A stretch of DNA of 64,000 nt from an uncultured Rhodocyclaceae bacterium (GTDB taxonomy: Bacteria > Pseudomonadota > Gammaproteobacteria > Burkholderiales > Rhodocyclaceae): NCBI GenBank assembly GCA_964479195.1, contig CAYZLI010000001.1:28572-92571 (forward strand). The letters run 5' to 3'. The notes beneath the pieces are model-generated. The model was given only the letters and a program-made list of their open reading frames with translations. It did no database searches and had not been told where the DNA came from. The stretch's first letter is position 1. Each line of letters starts with the position of its first letter. A program made the translations under genes and the position numbers. Positions 28,529-38,136 of the stretch are shown here, in pieces.

Positions 28529-28848
28529 CGGAATGCCGCCTATCTGTTCGCCAATGGCGGGGTAGCAAAGAATGGTATCACGCGAAGGTCGCACGGGGTA
28601 TGCGACCAAAGTCCGATCCGCGCGCAACCTTCATCCGAACCAATCAGGACCGTAGGCCCGTGGCAGACGCTTTAGATTTAAAGACAATAGGGGGGCCGCA
28701 ATGCATAAGAAAAAGATATGGGCCAGGAAAGCGAACTGTTCATTGCGGAGACCTGACGGCAAGCCCGCGCAAGAAACAAGAAAAGAGAAGGCTCCGGCTG
28801 GCACTCGAGCGGCCGGGTACCGGGAAGTTCACTACTACGGGGGGATCC

Positions 28849-30138
28849 ATGTTTGCAGCCAAAGTTTCCAGATTCATGTTTTCGGTCGCGCTCTTTCTGA
28901 CCGCCGCCGCCGTTTCCACGCCGAGCCAGGCCATCCCGGCCTTTGCGCGGCAGTTGGGCAAGGCCTGCAATACCTGCCATTTCCAGCACTACCCGGCCCT
29001 CAACGCCTACGGCCAGGAGTTCAAGGCCGGCGGTTTCACGGAGATGGGCAAGCAAGGCGTCCTGAAGGGCAAGGAACTCTCGCTTCCCGAGATCCTCAAC
29101 GCCAGCCTGTTCACCAAGATCCGCTACCAGAAGAACAACGGCGCCGATCTCCCGGACACGCCCACGGCCGCCAGCGGCGAGTGGCAGTTTCCCGATGAGT
29201 TCGCCCTGCTGTTCGGTGGCCGCATCACGCCGAACATCGGCTTCATGCTGGAGGGGCAGCTCGCCAACGGCGCCGCCGGCTTCCTGGCCGGCTTCAAGAT
29301 GCCGTTCATGTATGACGTCGCCGGCGTGAAGGCCGGCGTGATTCCCTACACGACGGACGCCCTGGGCGCCTCCTACGGCTTCGAGCTGCTCAACACCGGC
29401 GCGGTGCGCAACGTGCGCATCATGGAACACCGCAACGAGAGTTCGGCACAGCAGTACCTCGGCACGGCGACGGCCGCCATGGGGGCCGCCTTCGTCCTCT
29501 GGGATCCCCGGTACTTCATCAACTTCTCGAAATGGTCGCCGAACCATGCCGCCGTCGCGGAAGAGCGCGCCAATGGCAATCCGAGTTCCAACTACTTCCG
29601 TGCCGCGCTGACGCCCTCCCTGGGCGGCTGGGATCTCGGCTTCGGCGTGCAATCGTGGAGCGGCTCGTCGAAGCAGGATGACGGCCTGGGAACCGGTACG
29701 GTGATCACGGTCCAAACCAAGGCCTGGGCGCTCGATGCCCAGGCCCAGGGCGCCGTTGGCAAATTCCCCCTGGGCATTTACTTCACCCACGCCAACGCGC
29801 CGGGAACGGCGGCGGGAGCTGCCACCGCCAACCTGTACAACGCCAACCCGAACGACAAGAAGGCGACGACGATCTCGGCCGAACTCGGCATCATCCCCAA
29901 CAAGGCGACCCTGATGCTTGCCTACCGCCGGGCCGACACCGGCCGCGTCGCCACCGCGGCGCGCAGCAGCCGCGACAATGCCACGACCCTCGGAGCCACA
30001 TACCAGTTGGCGCAGAACGTGCAACTGCAGTTGCAGCACAGCATTCGCACCAAGGACAATGGCTACCAGGGGTCGGACACGACCCAGGCCCTTCGTGGCG
30101 ATCGATTGACCACCTTCATGCTGTCTGCGGGCTTCTGA
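28849..30138 (+). CDS. cyc2: Cyc2-like fused monoheme cytochrome c / outer-membrane porin (putative Fe(II) oxidase)
   Basis: Signal peptide ending SQA, then IPAFARQLGKACNTCHFQHYPALNAYGQEFKAGGF; beta-strand-like body; C-terminal Phe (MLSAGF). Confidence 0.82.
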   Translation: MFAAKVSRFMFSVALFLTAAAVSTPSQAIPAFARQLGKACNTCHFQHYPALNAYGQEFKAGGFTEMGKQGVLKGKELSLPEILNASLFTKIRYQKNNGADLPDTPTAASGEWQFPDEFALLFGGRITPNIGFMLEGQLANGAAGFLAGFKMPFMYDVAGVKAGVIPYTTDALGASYGFELLNTGAVRNVRIMEHRNESSAQQYLGTATAAMGAAFVLWDPRYFINFSKWSPNHAAVAEERANGNPSSNYFRAALTPSLGGWDLGFGVQSWSGSSKQDDGLGTGTVITVQTKAWALDAQAQGAVGKFPLGIYFTHANAPGTAAGAATANLYNANPNDKKATTISAELGIIPNKATLMLAYRRADTGRVATAARSSRDNATTLGATYQLAQNVQLQLQHSIRTKDNGYQGSDTTQALRGDRLTTFMLSAGF

Positions 30139-30290
30139 AGGCGGCAGGGAAGTAAGTAATGGGGGAAGGCCACCCGCCTTCCCTCTGCCATGCCCCCCCG
30201 AGGGGGGGCTGGCTCACGCCGGGCGTCCGGATGCGGCGCATCGGCTCGGCTCGAGAACCGTCCGAAGACAGAGACGGAACGGAGGAGAAG

Positions 30291-30944
30291 ATGACCCAAT
30301 GGAGACGCGGCCTGCCGCGAACCACGCAAACGCGGGCTGGGGGCGGCAGGCGCGGCCGGTTGCTGCTTCAGTTGCTGGGAGCGCTGGCCCTCGCCGCGAC
30401 GCTTCCCGCGGCGCACGGTGCGGGCGGGAATCCGCTCTGTGCCGGTTGCCACAGCGAGGACGGAAACAGCGTCATTCCCGAGAACCCGAAACTTGCCGGC
30501 TTCGATCCCGAATACATCATCAAGCAGCTTTCGGATTTCAAGTCCGGCAAGCGCACCAGCCTCGTCATGGGCGCGATGGTCGGGCAGATCGGCGAGGGGG
30601 ATTTCGACGCCCTGGCCGGCTACTACAGCGAGCAGAAGCGGGCGCCGGGCGTCGTGGCCAATCCCAAGCTGGCGGCGCAAGGGCAGCTAATCTACGATGA
30701 GGGCATAGTCGGAAGCGCGGTTCCGGCCTGCTCGGGCTGTCATAACGAGGATGGCAGCGGAACGGCGAAGTTCCCCCGGCTGGCCGGCCAGCACCCAGCC
30801 TACGTTGTCCAGCAGATGATCAACTTCAAGAACGACAGCCGCAACAACGACAGCCGCGAAGTCATGCGTGCCGTGGCCAAGCGCATGAACGAGCCGGAGA
30901 TGCGCGCGGTCGCCGAGTACATCACCGGTCTTAAGGGGGAGTGA
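30291..30944 (+). CDS. Diheme cytochrome c4
   Basis: CAGCH and CSGCH; PKLAG, FPRLAGQHPAY. Confidence 0.9.
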   Translation: MTQWRRGLPRTTQTRAGGGRRGRLLLQLLGALALAATLPAAHGAGGNPLCAGCHSEDGNSVIPENPKLAGFDPEYIIKQLSDFKSGKRTSLVMGAMVGQIGEGDFDALAGYYSEQKRAPGVVANPKLAAQGQLIYDEGIVGSAVPACSGCHNEDGSGTAKFPRLAGQHPAYVVQQMINFKNDSRNNDSREVMRAVAKRMNEPEMRAVAEYITGLKGE

Positions 30945-30947
30945 TCG

Positions 30948-31670
30948 ATGAAAGCCTGGTCTCTGTTTGCGGCCCTCGCGCTGCTGCCGGCGCAGCCGGC
31001 GCTGGCCGACCTGGCCGACGCGGCCCGGAGCCCGAAGGGGTTCGGGAGCAAAGGATATGTCTGGAACAAGATGACCCGCGAGCAGGTCGAGGTGATGAGC
31101 AAGTCGGGCGATCCGGTGCGCGGCAAGGAGGCCTTCCGCGGCTGCCGCGGCTGCCACAAACCCGACGGCTCGGGCCTGATCGACGGCACCTATCCGCGGC
31201 TGACGGGGCAGTACGCCGTGGTAATCATCAAGCAGGTGACCGATACGCGCGCCGGCATTCGCGTCAATCCGAAAATGGAGCCATTTGCGTCCGAGCACGC
31301 GGTCAGTACCCAGGAGATTGCCGACATCGCGGTCTTTCTCGCCTCTGAACGAACCTTGGTGGAAAACGGCAAGGGCCCGGGCGATCATGTTTCCCGCGGC
31401 CAGGCGCTGTACAAGAAGGAATGCGCCAAGTGCCACGGCGAGTTCGGCGAAGGACAGGAGGAAAAGATCTATCCGGCGGTGGCGGCGCAGCACTACGGGT
31501 ATTTGTTGCGGGAGCTGGAACATGTCAAGAAAGGCACGCGCGGCAATTCCCATCCCAAGATGGTCAAGGTTCTGCGCAACTATTCGAGAACCGATCTGGA
31601 GGCGATGGCCGATTACATGTCCCGCATGCCCGATTACCGGCAAGCCGACGCGCAGGGAGGCGGTAAATGA
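30948..31670 (+). CDS. Diheme cytochrome c (c4-like)
   Basis: Signal peptide; CRGCH and CAKCH; YPRLTGQ, YPAVAAQHY. Confidence 0.9.
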   Translation: MKAWSLFAALALLPAQPALADLADAARSPKGFGSKGYVWNKMTREQVEVMSKSGDPVRGKEAFRGCRGCHKPDGSGLIDGTYPRLTGQYAVVIIKQVTDTRAGIRVNPKMEPFASEHAVSTQEIADIAVFLASERTLVENGKGPGDHVSRGQALYKKECAKCHGEFGEGQEEKIYPAVAAQHYGYLLRELEHVKKGTRGNSHPKMVKVLRNYSRTDLEAMADYMSRMPDYRQADAQGGGK

Positions 31671-31963
31671 GCATGCGACTGGCGGCTCTCCTGATCTGTG
31701 TGTGTGCCGGCCCGGCCTTCGCTGCCGACGGCAAGGCGATATACGACCGGGTCTGCTACAAGTGCCATCGGTCGGGCGTGGATGAGGCGCCGATCGCGGG
31801 CGACAAGGAGGCCTGGGCCCCGCGGCTTGCCTCCGGCATGGCCACGCTGTACAGGAGCGTGATGGAAGGCAAAGGGGAGATGCCCCCCCGCGCCAACAAA
31901 CCCGAACTGACCGACGAGGAGCTCAAGGCCGGTGTGGATTACATGGTCGGGCTGGTCAAGTAG
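31667..31963 (+). CDS. Cytochrome c5
   Basis: GKAIYDRVCYKCH..G...AP..GDK.AW, MPPR. Confidence 0.9.
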   Translation: MSMRLAALLICVCAGPAFAADGKAIYDRVCYKCHRSGVDEAPIAGDKEAWAPRLASGMATLYRSVMEGKGEMPPRANKPELTDEELKAGVDYMVGLVK

Positions 31964-32058
31964 GGCTGCGGCGTCCGACCGCGGACATCGCGTGATCCGG
32001 TGCGGCGCGACGCGCCAGGAATGATCGTGATCCGCGACAACCCCGGACCATCGACGGC

Positions 32059-32577
32059 ATGAAGTACAAAGTCCAGCCGAGCACGCGGGAAAAGCTCATG
32101 CGCGAGGAGGACTTCATCGTCTCCAAGACCGACCTCAAGGGGCGCATCACCTACGGCAACCGCGTATTCATCGAGTTTTCCGGCTACAGCGAACAGGAGC
32201 TGCTCGGCAGCCAGCACAACATCATCCGCCATCCCGACATGCCGCGCGGCGTGTTCAAGTTCCTGTGGGACACGCTGGCGGCGGAGAAGGAATGCTTCGC
32301 CTACGTCAAGAACATGGCGAAGGACGGCAGCTTCTATTGGGTGTTCGCCAACGTTACCCCGTCCTACGATCCGGCCGGAGGCGTGGACGGCTACTTCTCG
32401 GTGCGCCGCGCGCCGGGGCGCGCAGCGGTAGACGTCATCGCCGACATCTATCGCGCCATGCTGGCGGAAGAGCACAAGGCCGGCCCGCGCGACGCGATGG
32501 CGGCTTCGCTGGACTGGCTCGGCGGCGCATTGGCGCAGAAAGGAACGAGCTATGAAGAATTCGTCCTTTCGCTTTGA
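32059..32577 (+). CDS. Stand-alone Aer-type PAS protein (CetB-like)
   Basis: [16 protein letters not shown]...SGY...[13 protein letters not shown]...W.....YVKN..KDG.FYWV. Confidence 0.88.
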   Translation: MKYKVQPSTREKLMREEDFIVSKTDLKGRITYGNRVFIEFSGYSEQELLGSQHNIIRHPDMPRGVFKFLWDTLAAEKECFAYVKNMAKDGSFYWVFANVTPSYDPAGGVDGYFSVRRAPGRAAVDVIADIYRAMLAEEHKAGPRDAMAASLDWLGGALAQKGTSYEEFVLSL

Positions 32578-34051
32578 GGAAGTGGCATCGGTCGCCGCGC
32601 TCAACGCCCTGCTGCTGGGGGCGGGGCTGGCCGGCGTGGCCCGCCACGGCTGGCAGGGCGGCGACTGGATCTGGTTCGGCGTGCTCACCGGCGCCTTGGT
32701 GGTGCTGGGACTCTACAACCTGCGCTTCCGCATGCGGCTCGCCGATTCCCTGCGGGCGATCGCGCGCGTCGCCAGCCAGGTGGGAAGGGGCCAGATGGGC
32801 GGACGCATCACCGGCATCCGCCAGGACGAGCTGGGGCTGGCCATGTGGCATGTCAACGACATGCTCGACCAGCTCGAGACGTGCTTCCGCGAGCAGCGCA
32901 CGGCCCTGCAGTATGTGAGCCAGGGCAAATACTTCCGCAAGACCCACCCGGCCGGCCTGCATGGTGAATTCCGCAAGTCCCTGGAAGGCTTCAACCAGTC
33001 GCTGCGCGCCCTCGAGGAGCATGGCCGCTGGCAGCTCAAGAACGAGCTGCTGTCCAAGCTCGGCCACCTCAACTCGACCAACCTGGTGCAGAACATCCGC
33101 ACCAACCAGGACGACCTGCGCAACATCGCCACCGCCGCGGACGACCTGGAGCGGATCTCGCGCGACAACGCCGAAGGGGCACAAGCCTCCAGGGAGTCGA
33201 TCGACGGCGTCGTCGCCTCCCTCAACGGCATCGCCGAGCGCATCGACGCGGCCTACGCCGCCATCGAGCAGTTCAGTTCCCGCAGCAGCGAGATCGCGCA
33301 CTCCCTCGGCCTCATCGCGGACATTGCCGACCAGACCAACCTGCTGGCGCTCAACGCCGCCATCGAGGCGGCCCGCGCCGGCGAGCACGGCTCCGGTTTC
33401 GCGGTGGTGGCCGACGAAGTGCGCAAGCTCGCCGAGAAATCCAAGCAGGCCTCGGCGGAGATCTCCGCCATCATGGGCGGGCTGCGCGCGGACACCTTGA
33501 CGATTCTCAGGGAGTCGGGCGCGGCGCGGGGCATGGCCAACTCGTCCAAGGACACGGTGGCCGACTTCGAGCATCGTTTCAACGCCTTCTCGGAATCGGC
33601 GCGGATCGCGCTCGAGCGCATCGGCTGTGTGCGCGACATGAGCTTTGCCTCCCTGGCCAAGGTCGATCACATCGTCTACAAGCAGAACGGCTACATCGCC
33701 GTCAGCGCCGGGCCGGGCTCTGAACAGGCGCGCGTGGTCGCCACCGACGAGCGCGAATGCCGCTTCGGCCGCTGGCTGGAGGGCAAGGAGGGCGGCGCGG
33801 GGTTGCGTGCGCCGAGCGCCGACCGCAACCTGGCGGCGCTCCACGGGGAGGTGCATCGGCGCATGCGAGAGGCGGTGCTCAGCGCAGCCGCGGGCTGGGA
33901 GAGCGACGCCCGGGTGCAGGCGCAAATGTATGCGAGCTTCACCGCCGCCGAGCGGGCCTGCGACGAGTTCATGGGGCTGCTCGACGAATTGCTGCGCGAG
34001 AAGCACGGCGCCGTGCGGAGCGCGAGGGCGGAAGCGGCAGTGGACGCCTGA
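32552..34051 (+). CDS. Methyl-accepting chemotaxis protein with C-terminal CZB-like domain (CetA-like)
   Basis: [53 protein letters not shown]. Confidence 0.9.
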   Translation: MKNSSFRFEEVASVAALNALLLGAGLAGVARHGWQGGDWIWFGVLTGALVVLGLYNLRFRMRLADSLRAIARVASQVGRGQMGGRITGIRQDELGLAMWHVNDMLDQLETCFREQRTALQYVSQGKYFRKTHPAGLHGEFRKSLEGFNQSLRALEEHGRWQLKNELLSKLGHLNSTNLVQNIRTNQDDLRNIATAADDLERISRDNAEGAQASRESIDGVVASLNGIAERIDAAYAAIEQFSSRSSEIAHSLGLIADIADQTNLLALNAAIEAARAGEHGSGFAVVADEVRKLAEKSKQASAEISAIMGGLRADTLTILRESGAARGMANSSKDTVADFEHRFNAFSESARIALERIGCVRDMSFASLAKVDHIVYKQNGYIAVSAGPGSEQARVVATDERECRFGRWLEGKEGGAGLRAPSADRNLAALHGEVHRRMREAVLSAAAGWESDARVQAQMYASFTAAERACDEFMGLLDELLREKHGAVRSARAEAAVDA

Positions 34052-34067
34052 CTGGTAGCCATCTCAA

Positions 34068-34364
34068 TTGATCAAATACCCGGTTTACGTTCTGCTACTG
34101 GTCTTTGCCTGCGCGGCTTTCGCATCCGATGGGAAAGCGGTGTACGACAGGGCATGCAAGAAGTGCCACCGGTCGGGCGTGGACGATGCTCCGATTCTGG
34201 GGGACAAGGCCGCCTGGAACCCGCTCCTCGGGGCAGGCATGGACGCACTTTACAAGAGCGTCATCGAAGGGAAGGGGGAGATGCAGCCCCGCGCCAACAA
34301 ACCCGAATTGACCGACGAGGAGCTCAAGGCCGGTGTGGATTACATGGTCGAGCTGGTCAAGTGA
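34068..34364 (+). CDS. Cytochrome c5, second copy
   Basis: CKKCH; near-identical 3' end to 31667-31963; TTG start. Confidence 0.88.
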   Translation: MIKYPVYVLLLVFACAAFASDGKAVYDRACKKCHRSGVDDAPILGDKAAWNPLLGAGMDALYKSVIEGKGEMQPRANKPELTDEELKAGVDYMVELVK

Positions 34365-34435
34365 GCGGCACTGCTGTGCCAGTGGCCGGTTGGCCTGGCC
34401 GAACAGGATTGTTTACGACTAAAGAGGGAAAGAGG

Positions 34436-35440
34436 ATGGCATCAAGAACGAAGTTGGGGGTGATCAGCTTGTCCGGCGCGGCGCTGCTTGTTGTCGCAGC
34501 TTGTTCGCGCATGCCGACGATTCCCAACCCCCTGGAGTTGGTTTCAGGCCCCGCCGCCATCCATGTCGAGGTTCCCCCCAGGCCTGCGGCCACGCCGATC
34601 CTGCGCTCCGGCCAGCCGATCAGCCTGCTGGTCTCCGACTACGCCGATGCGCGGCCGACGGCGCCGGCCAGGAGGATCGGTGACATCCGGGCGACGGTGG
34701 CGAACATGCACGGCAGCGAGCTGACCCTGGATCGGGACATAGCGGCCGTCGTAAGCGCCGCGGTGAGGAATCAACTCCAGGCGGACGGCTTCCGGCTGGT
34801 CGGCTCGCCCGGGGATGGACACGACTTCACCGTCAGCGGCGAGACCAGGGCGCTCGTGCTGAATATCGCCGGCCGCGACGAACTCAACATCGTCACCCAG
34901 ACCACGCTGCGCAGCGGCAAGACCGGGGAAGTCCTGTGGTCCGGCATCGTCACCGAGAAATCCGACCGCTTCGCCGGCGTGAACGGCAATACCCGGGCGT
35001 CGATCACGGAATACCTGGGCGAGGGACTGGCAGAGCTGGCCGCGAAGACCAGTGCCTCGATTCGCGAGGGCCTCGCCAAGTCGTATCCGCACACGATCGT
35101 CGCCAGCCAGCGCCGCGAGATCTCTGCGGTGCCGGGCGTGACGATCGTCCAGGCCCCCGCGGATCGGGAATCCGCGGTCGCCGGTACGGCGACCGCGGAA
35201 AACCCACGGTCTGTCGCCGCAACGAGCACCGGCACGGGGCATTTCTCCGTCGCCACGATTCCCTCCCGCGCGAAGGTGTATGTGGATGACGTCTATTACG
35301 GCATGTCGCCCCTCAAGATCGCCTTGGCGGCCGGCGTGCACCGGTTCACCTTCAAACTCGACGGCTACAAGGCCGCAACCGAGAAAGTCTCCGTGCGTCA
35401 GGGAGAGACCACGGAGCTTGAGGTGAAATTCGAGAAATAG
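34436..35440 (+). CDS. Lipoprotein with C-terminal PEGA domain
   Basis: Lipobox VAAC; ATIPSRAKVYVDDVYYGMSPL...G.H.....LDGY. Confidence 0.75.
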   Translation: MASRTKLGVISLSGAALLVVAACSRMPTIPNPLELVSGPAAIHVEVPPRPAATPILRSGQPISLLVSDYADARPTAPARRIGDIRATVANMHGSELTLDRDIAAVVSAAVRNQLQADGFRLVGSPGDGHDFTVSGETRALVLNIAGRDELNIVTQTTLRSGKTGEVLWSGIVTEKSDRFAGVNGNTRASITEYLGEGLAELAAKTSASIREGLAKSYPHTIVASQRREISAVPGVTIVQAPADRESAVAGTATAENPRSVAATSTGTGHFSVATIPSRAKVYVDDVYYGMSPLKIALAAGVHRFTFKLDGYKAATEKVSVRQGETTELEVKFEK

Positions 35441-35468
35441 GCCCCCAGGGAATCGGCGTCGGGGAAGG

Positions 35469-36041
35469 CTAGCGGTGGGGCGCGGGCAGCGGCCAGCGGC
35501 CGTCCAGCACGCGCTCGGCCCACAGCAGGCAGGCAACCGTCTTGCCGTCGGTCAGGCGGCCGTCGCGCACGGCCTCGATCGCCTCCCCCAAGGCAAGTTC
35601 GTGCACTTCGAGGAACTCGCCGTCGTCCAGCGCATGGCCGACGTGGCTCAGGCCGCGGGCGAAGAAGATTTCGATACGCTCGTCCGAGTAGCCGATGCAG
35701 GGGTGGATGACGCCGAGGTAATGCCAGTCGCGGGCCACATAGCCCGTCTCCTCCTGAAGTTCCCGCCGCGCGGTGAGCAGGATGTCCTCGCCCGGGTGGA
35801 TCTTGCCGGCAGGGAGCTCCAGGAAGACGCGGTGGAGGGGGTAGCGGAACTGGCGCTCGAAGAGCAGCTTGCCGTTGGGCAACTCGGCGATCATGACCAC
35901 GGCACCGGGATGGGTAACGTACTCGCGGGTGGCCACCATCCCGTCCGGCAGGCTCACGCGGTCGCGCTTCACTTTCAGCAGGCGGCCGCCGAAGACCTCC
36001 TCGCTGTCCAGCCCGACCTCGCGCAGGTGGCTATCGCTCAT
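35469..36041 (-). CDS. NUDIX hydrolase (ADP-ribose pyrophosphatase-like)
   Basis: ELPAGKIHPGEDILLTARRELQEETGY Nudix box; QFRYP. Confidence 0.92.
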   Translation of the reverse strand: MSDSHLREVGLDSEEVFGGRLLKVKRDRVSLPDGMVATREYVTHPGAVVMIAELPNGKLLFERQFRYPLHRVFLELPAGKIHPGEDILLTARRELQEETGYVARDWHYLGVIHPCIGYSDERIEIFFARGLSHVGHALDDGEFLEVHELALGEAIEAVRDGRLTDGKTVACLLWAERVLDGRWPLPAPHR

Positions 36042-36091
36042 GCTGCCCCGCAAAGCCCCGTTGAACCAATTCCCGAGTGCTTTGGTCGAAT

Positions 36092-36107
36092 ATTAGTCAT
36101 GACTAAT
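36092..36107. promoter_or_regulatory. Perfect 16-bp palindrome, candidate operator
   Basis: ATTAGTCATGACTAAT, 19 nt upstream of ATG 36127. Confidence 0.6.
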
Positions 36108-36126
36108 TAACTAGACGGAGGACCAT

Positions 36127-36582
36127 ATGAACGACTTCATTCCCGGCTTCGCGGCCGACGGCGTGGTCACCGTCAACCGCGTCGTGCTCAAGCCGCAGTA
36201 TAGCGTCGACGACCTGGAGGAACGGGTCGCGGTGCTCTGCGAAAACGTGAAGACCTACCACTCGGAAACCGGCTTCGTCGGCGGCTTCGTCTGCCTCAAT
36301 TCCGGCATGATTTCCAACGAGGGCAGCACGGTCGGCCAGGCGGTCGCCAGCGCCCTCAAGGACCGCGAGGCGCTGATCATCACCTTCTGGCACTCCTTCG
36401 AGGAACACGAAGCCTCGCACCGCAGCCCGACCTTCCAGCCGCTGTTCCGGCAGGTGCTGGAGTTGTGCGAAAACGGCAACGAGGAGATCGCCTACCGCAT
36501 GCTGTGGTCGGGCAAGGCCTACAGCGCGGAAGAAGCCAAGGCGGCCCGGGAGGCCAAGGAGCAGTACCTGAGAGCCGCGTAA
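36127..36582 (+). CDS. Dimeric alpha/beta-barrel protein with sulfur oxygenase reductase-like motifs
   Basis: GGAGGA RBS; LCENVKTYHSETGFVG, TFWHSFEEHEASHR, GNEEIAY. Confidence 0.7.
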   Translation: MNDFIPGFAADGVVTVNRVVLKPQYSVDDLEERVAVLCENVKTYHSETGFVGGFVCLNSGMISNEGSTVGQAVASALKDREALIITFWHSFEEHEASHRSPTFQPLFRQVLELCENGNEEIAYRMLWSGKAYSAEEAKAAREAKEQYLRAA

Positions 36583-36591
36583 TTTCCGGGC

Positions 36592-37941
36592 TCAGGAATC
36601 CCGGAGCCGCTTCCACAGCGTCGTGCGCGACATGCCGAGGCGGCGCGCCGCCTCGGCCTTGTTGCCGCGGGATTCATCGAGCACGCGCAGGATCAGCGCC
36701 TGCTCTGCCTCGGCCGACGGCGGCGCGGTGTAGTAGCGTGTCAGTCGCATGCCGCCACCCGGCGGCGGCGCATCCACGTCGGAGCCCGCCGTCAGCTCCG
36801 GCAGGAGGTGCTCCGGCAGGATGTTCGGCCCCTCGGACTGCACCACGGCATATTCCAGCGCATTGAACAACTGCCGGACGTTGCCCGGCCAACCGTAGGA
36901 CTCCACGGCGGCCATCGCCTCGGACGACAGGCGCAGGTCCGGCCGCCGGTAGCGCTCCGCCAGGTCGCCCAGCAGCTTTCCCGCCAGCAGGGGAATGTCC
37001 TCCCGGTGCTCGCGCAGGGCCGGCACATGCAGGGGCAGCACGCGCAGGCGGTAGTAGAGATCCTCGCGGAACTCGCCTCGCTTCACCATCGCCGCCAGAT
37101 CCCGGTGCGTGGCGGCGGCGACCCGCACGTCCACCTTGCGCGGATGGTTCTCCCCAACGCGCACGATTTCGCGCTCCTGCAGCACGCGCAGCAGCTTGGT
37201 CTGGGTGGCCGCGGAGATCTCCCCGATCTCGTCGAGCAGCAGGGTGCCGCCGCTGGCCGCCTCGAAGCGCCCCAGACGCGCCGCAGTGGCGCCGGAGAAG
37301 GCCCCCTTGGCATGGCCGAACAGCTCGGATTCCTGCAGGTTCTCCGGCAGCGAGGCGCAATGCACGGCGACGTACGGGCCCTTGGCGCGGGCCGAGTTGT
37401 CGTGCAGCGCCCGCGCCACCAGTTCCTTGCCGACGCCGCTCTCCCCGGTGACGAGCACGTTGGCCTCGCTTGCCGCCGCCCGCAGCACCTTCTGGTAAAG
37501 GTCCTGCATGAGGGCGCTGCACCCGATCAGGCCGCCGAGCTGCCAGCGTTCGCGCACTTCCGCTTCCAGTTCCACCTCACGCGAACGGTCGCGCAGGATG
37601 ATGGCGCAATGGAGGCCCGCGTCGTTGGGCGGCAGCAGCATGGCCCACATGCGCAGTGAGATGTCCCGGCCGTCCGCGCCCTTGAGGACGATGTCCTGGA
37701 CCTTCCGGCCCTCGCCCTGCGCCAGCGTGAGCGAACAAAAGCCCCGGATCTCGCAGTCCCGCGCGCAGGCCGTTCCGGCAAACAGCGTCGGGCAGAGCTG
37801 GTCCACGATCGCGGCATCGCCCCGCCGCACCATGCGCGTCGCCGCCTGGTTCATCTCCAGGATCCGGCGCCCGGCATCAAGAAACAACACCCCTTCCTCC
37901 AAGCTGTCGAGGAACACCCTCAACGTCGCCAAACTGGGCAT
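36592..37941 (-). CDS. Sigma54-dependent activator (PAS-AAA+-Fis HTH)
   Basis: [64 protein letters not shown]. Confidence 0.95.
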   Translation of the reverse strand: MPSLATLRVFLDSLEEGVLFLDAGRRILEMNQAATRMVRRGDAAIVDQLCPTLFAGTACARDCEIRGFCSLTLAQGEGRKVQDIVLKGADGRDISLRMWAMLLPPNDAGLHCAIILRDRSREVELEAEVRERWQLGGLIGCSALMQDLYQKVLRAAASEANVLVTGESGVGKELVARALHDNSARAKGPYVAVHCASLPENLQESELFGHAKGAFSGATAARLGRFEAASGGTLLLDEIGEISAATQTKLLRVLQEREIVRVGENHPRKVDVRVAAATHRDLAAMVKRGEFREDLYYRLRVLPLHVPALREHREDIPLLAGKLLGDLAERYRRPDLRLSSEAMAAVESYGWPGNVRQLFNALEYAVVQSEGPNILPEHLLPELTAGSDVDAPPPGGGMRLTRYYTAPPSAEAEQALILRVLDESRGNKAEAARRLGMSRTTLWKRLRDS

Positions 37942-38060
37942 CGCGCCACCTCCTCCTGTTCAGTCTGAACGCTCACTTGGACGTCCAGTCGTTATAAGCA
38001 ACATATTTCCGCATTTAAGGCAAACAAGAAAAATGATGCATATCAACTCGCTAGCAAATG

Positions 38061-38076
38061 TGGCACAGCGCTCGCT
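38061..38076 (+). promoter_or_regulatory. Sigma54 -24/-12 promoter of the nor operon
   Basis: TGGCACAGCGCTCGCT (GG-N10-GC), divergent from a sigma54 activator, preceded by an AT-rich tract; palindrome GTTCAGTCTGAAC near 37958 is a possible enhancer. Confidence 0.7.
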
Positions 38077-38136
38077 ATGGATGGGCGGGGGCGGTCGATT
38101 CGCCCCATGCCATCAGCCGATAAAAAGGAGTTGGAA

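Noticed and set aside
32552..32577. Frameshifted aer pseudogene
   Set aside because: The PAS ORF has a natural-looking C-terminus and the MCP has its own start and TM region, consistent with known bipartite systems; not fully excluded without reads.
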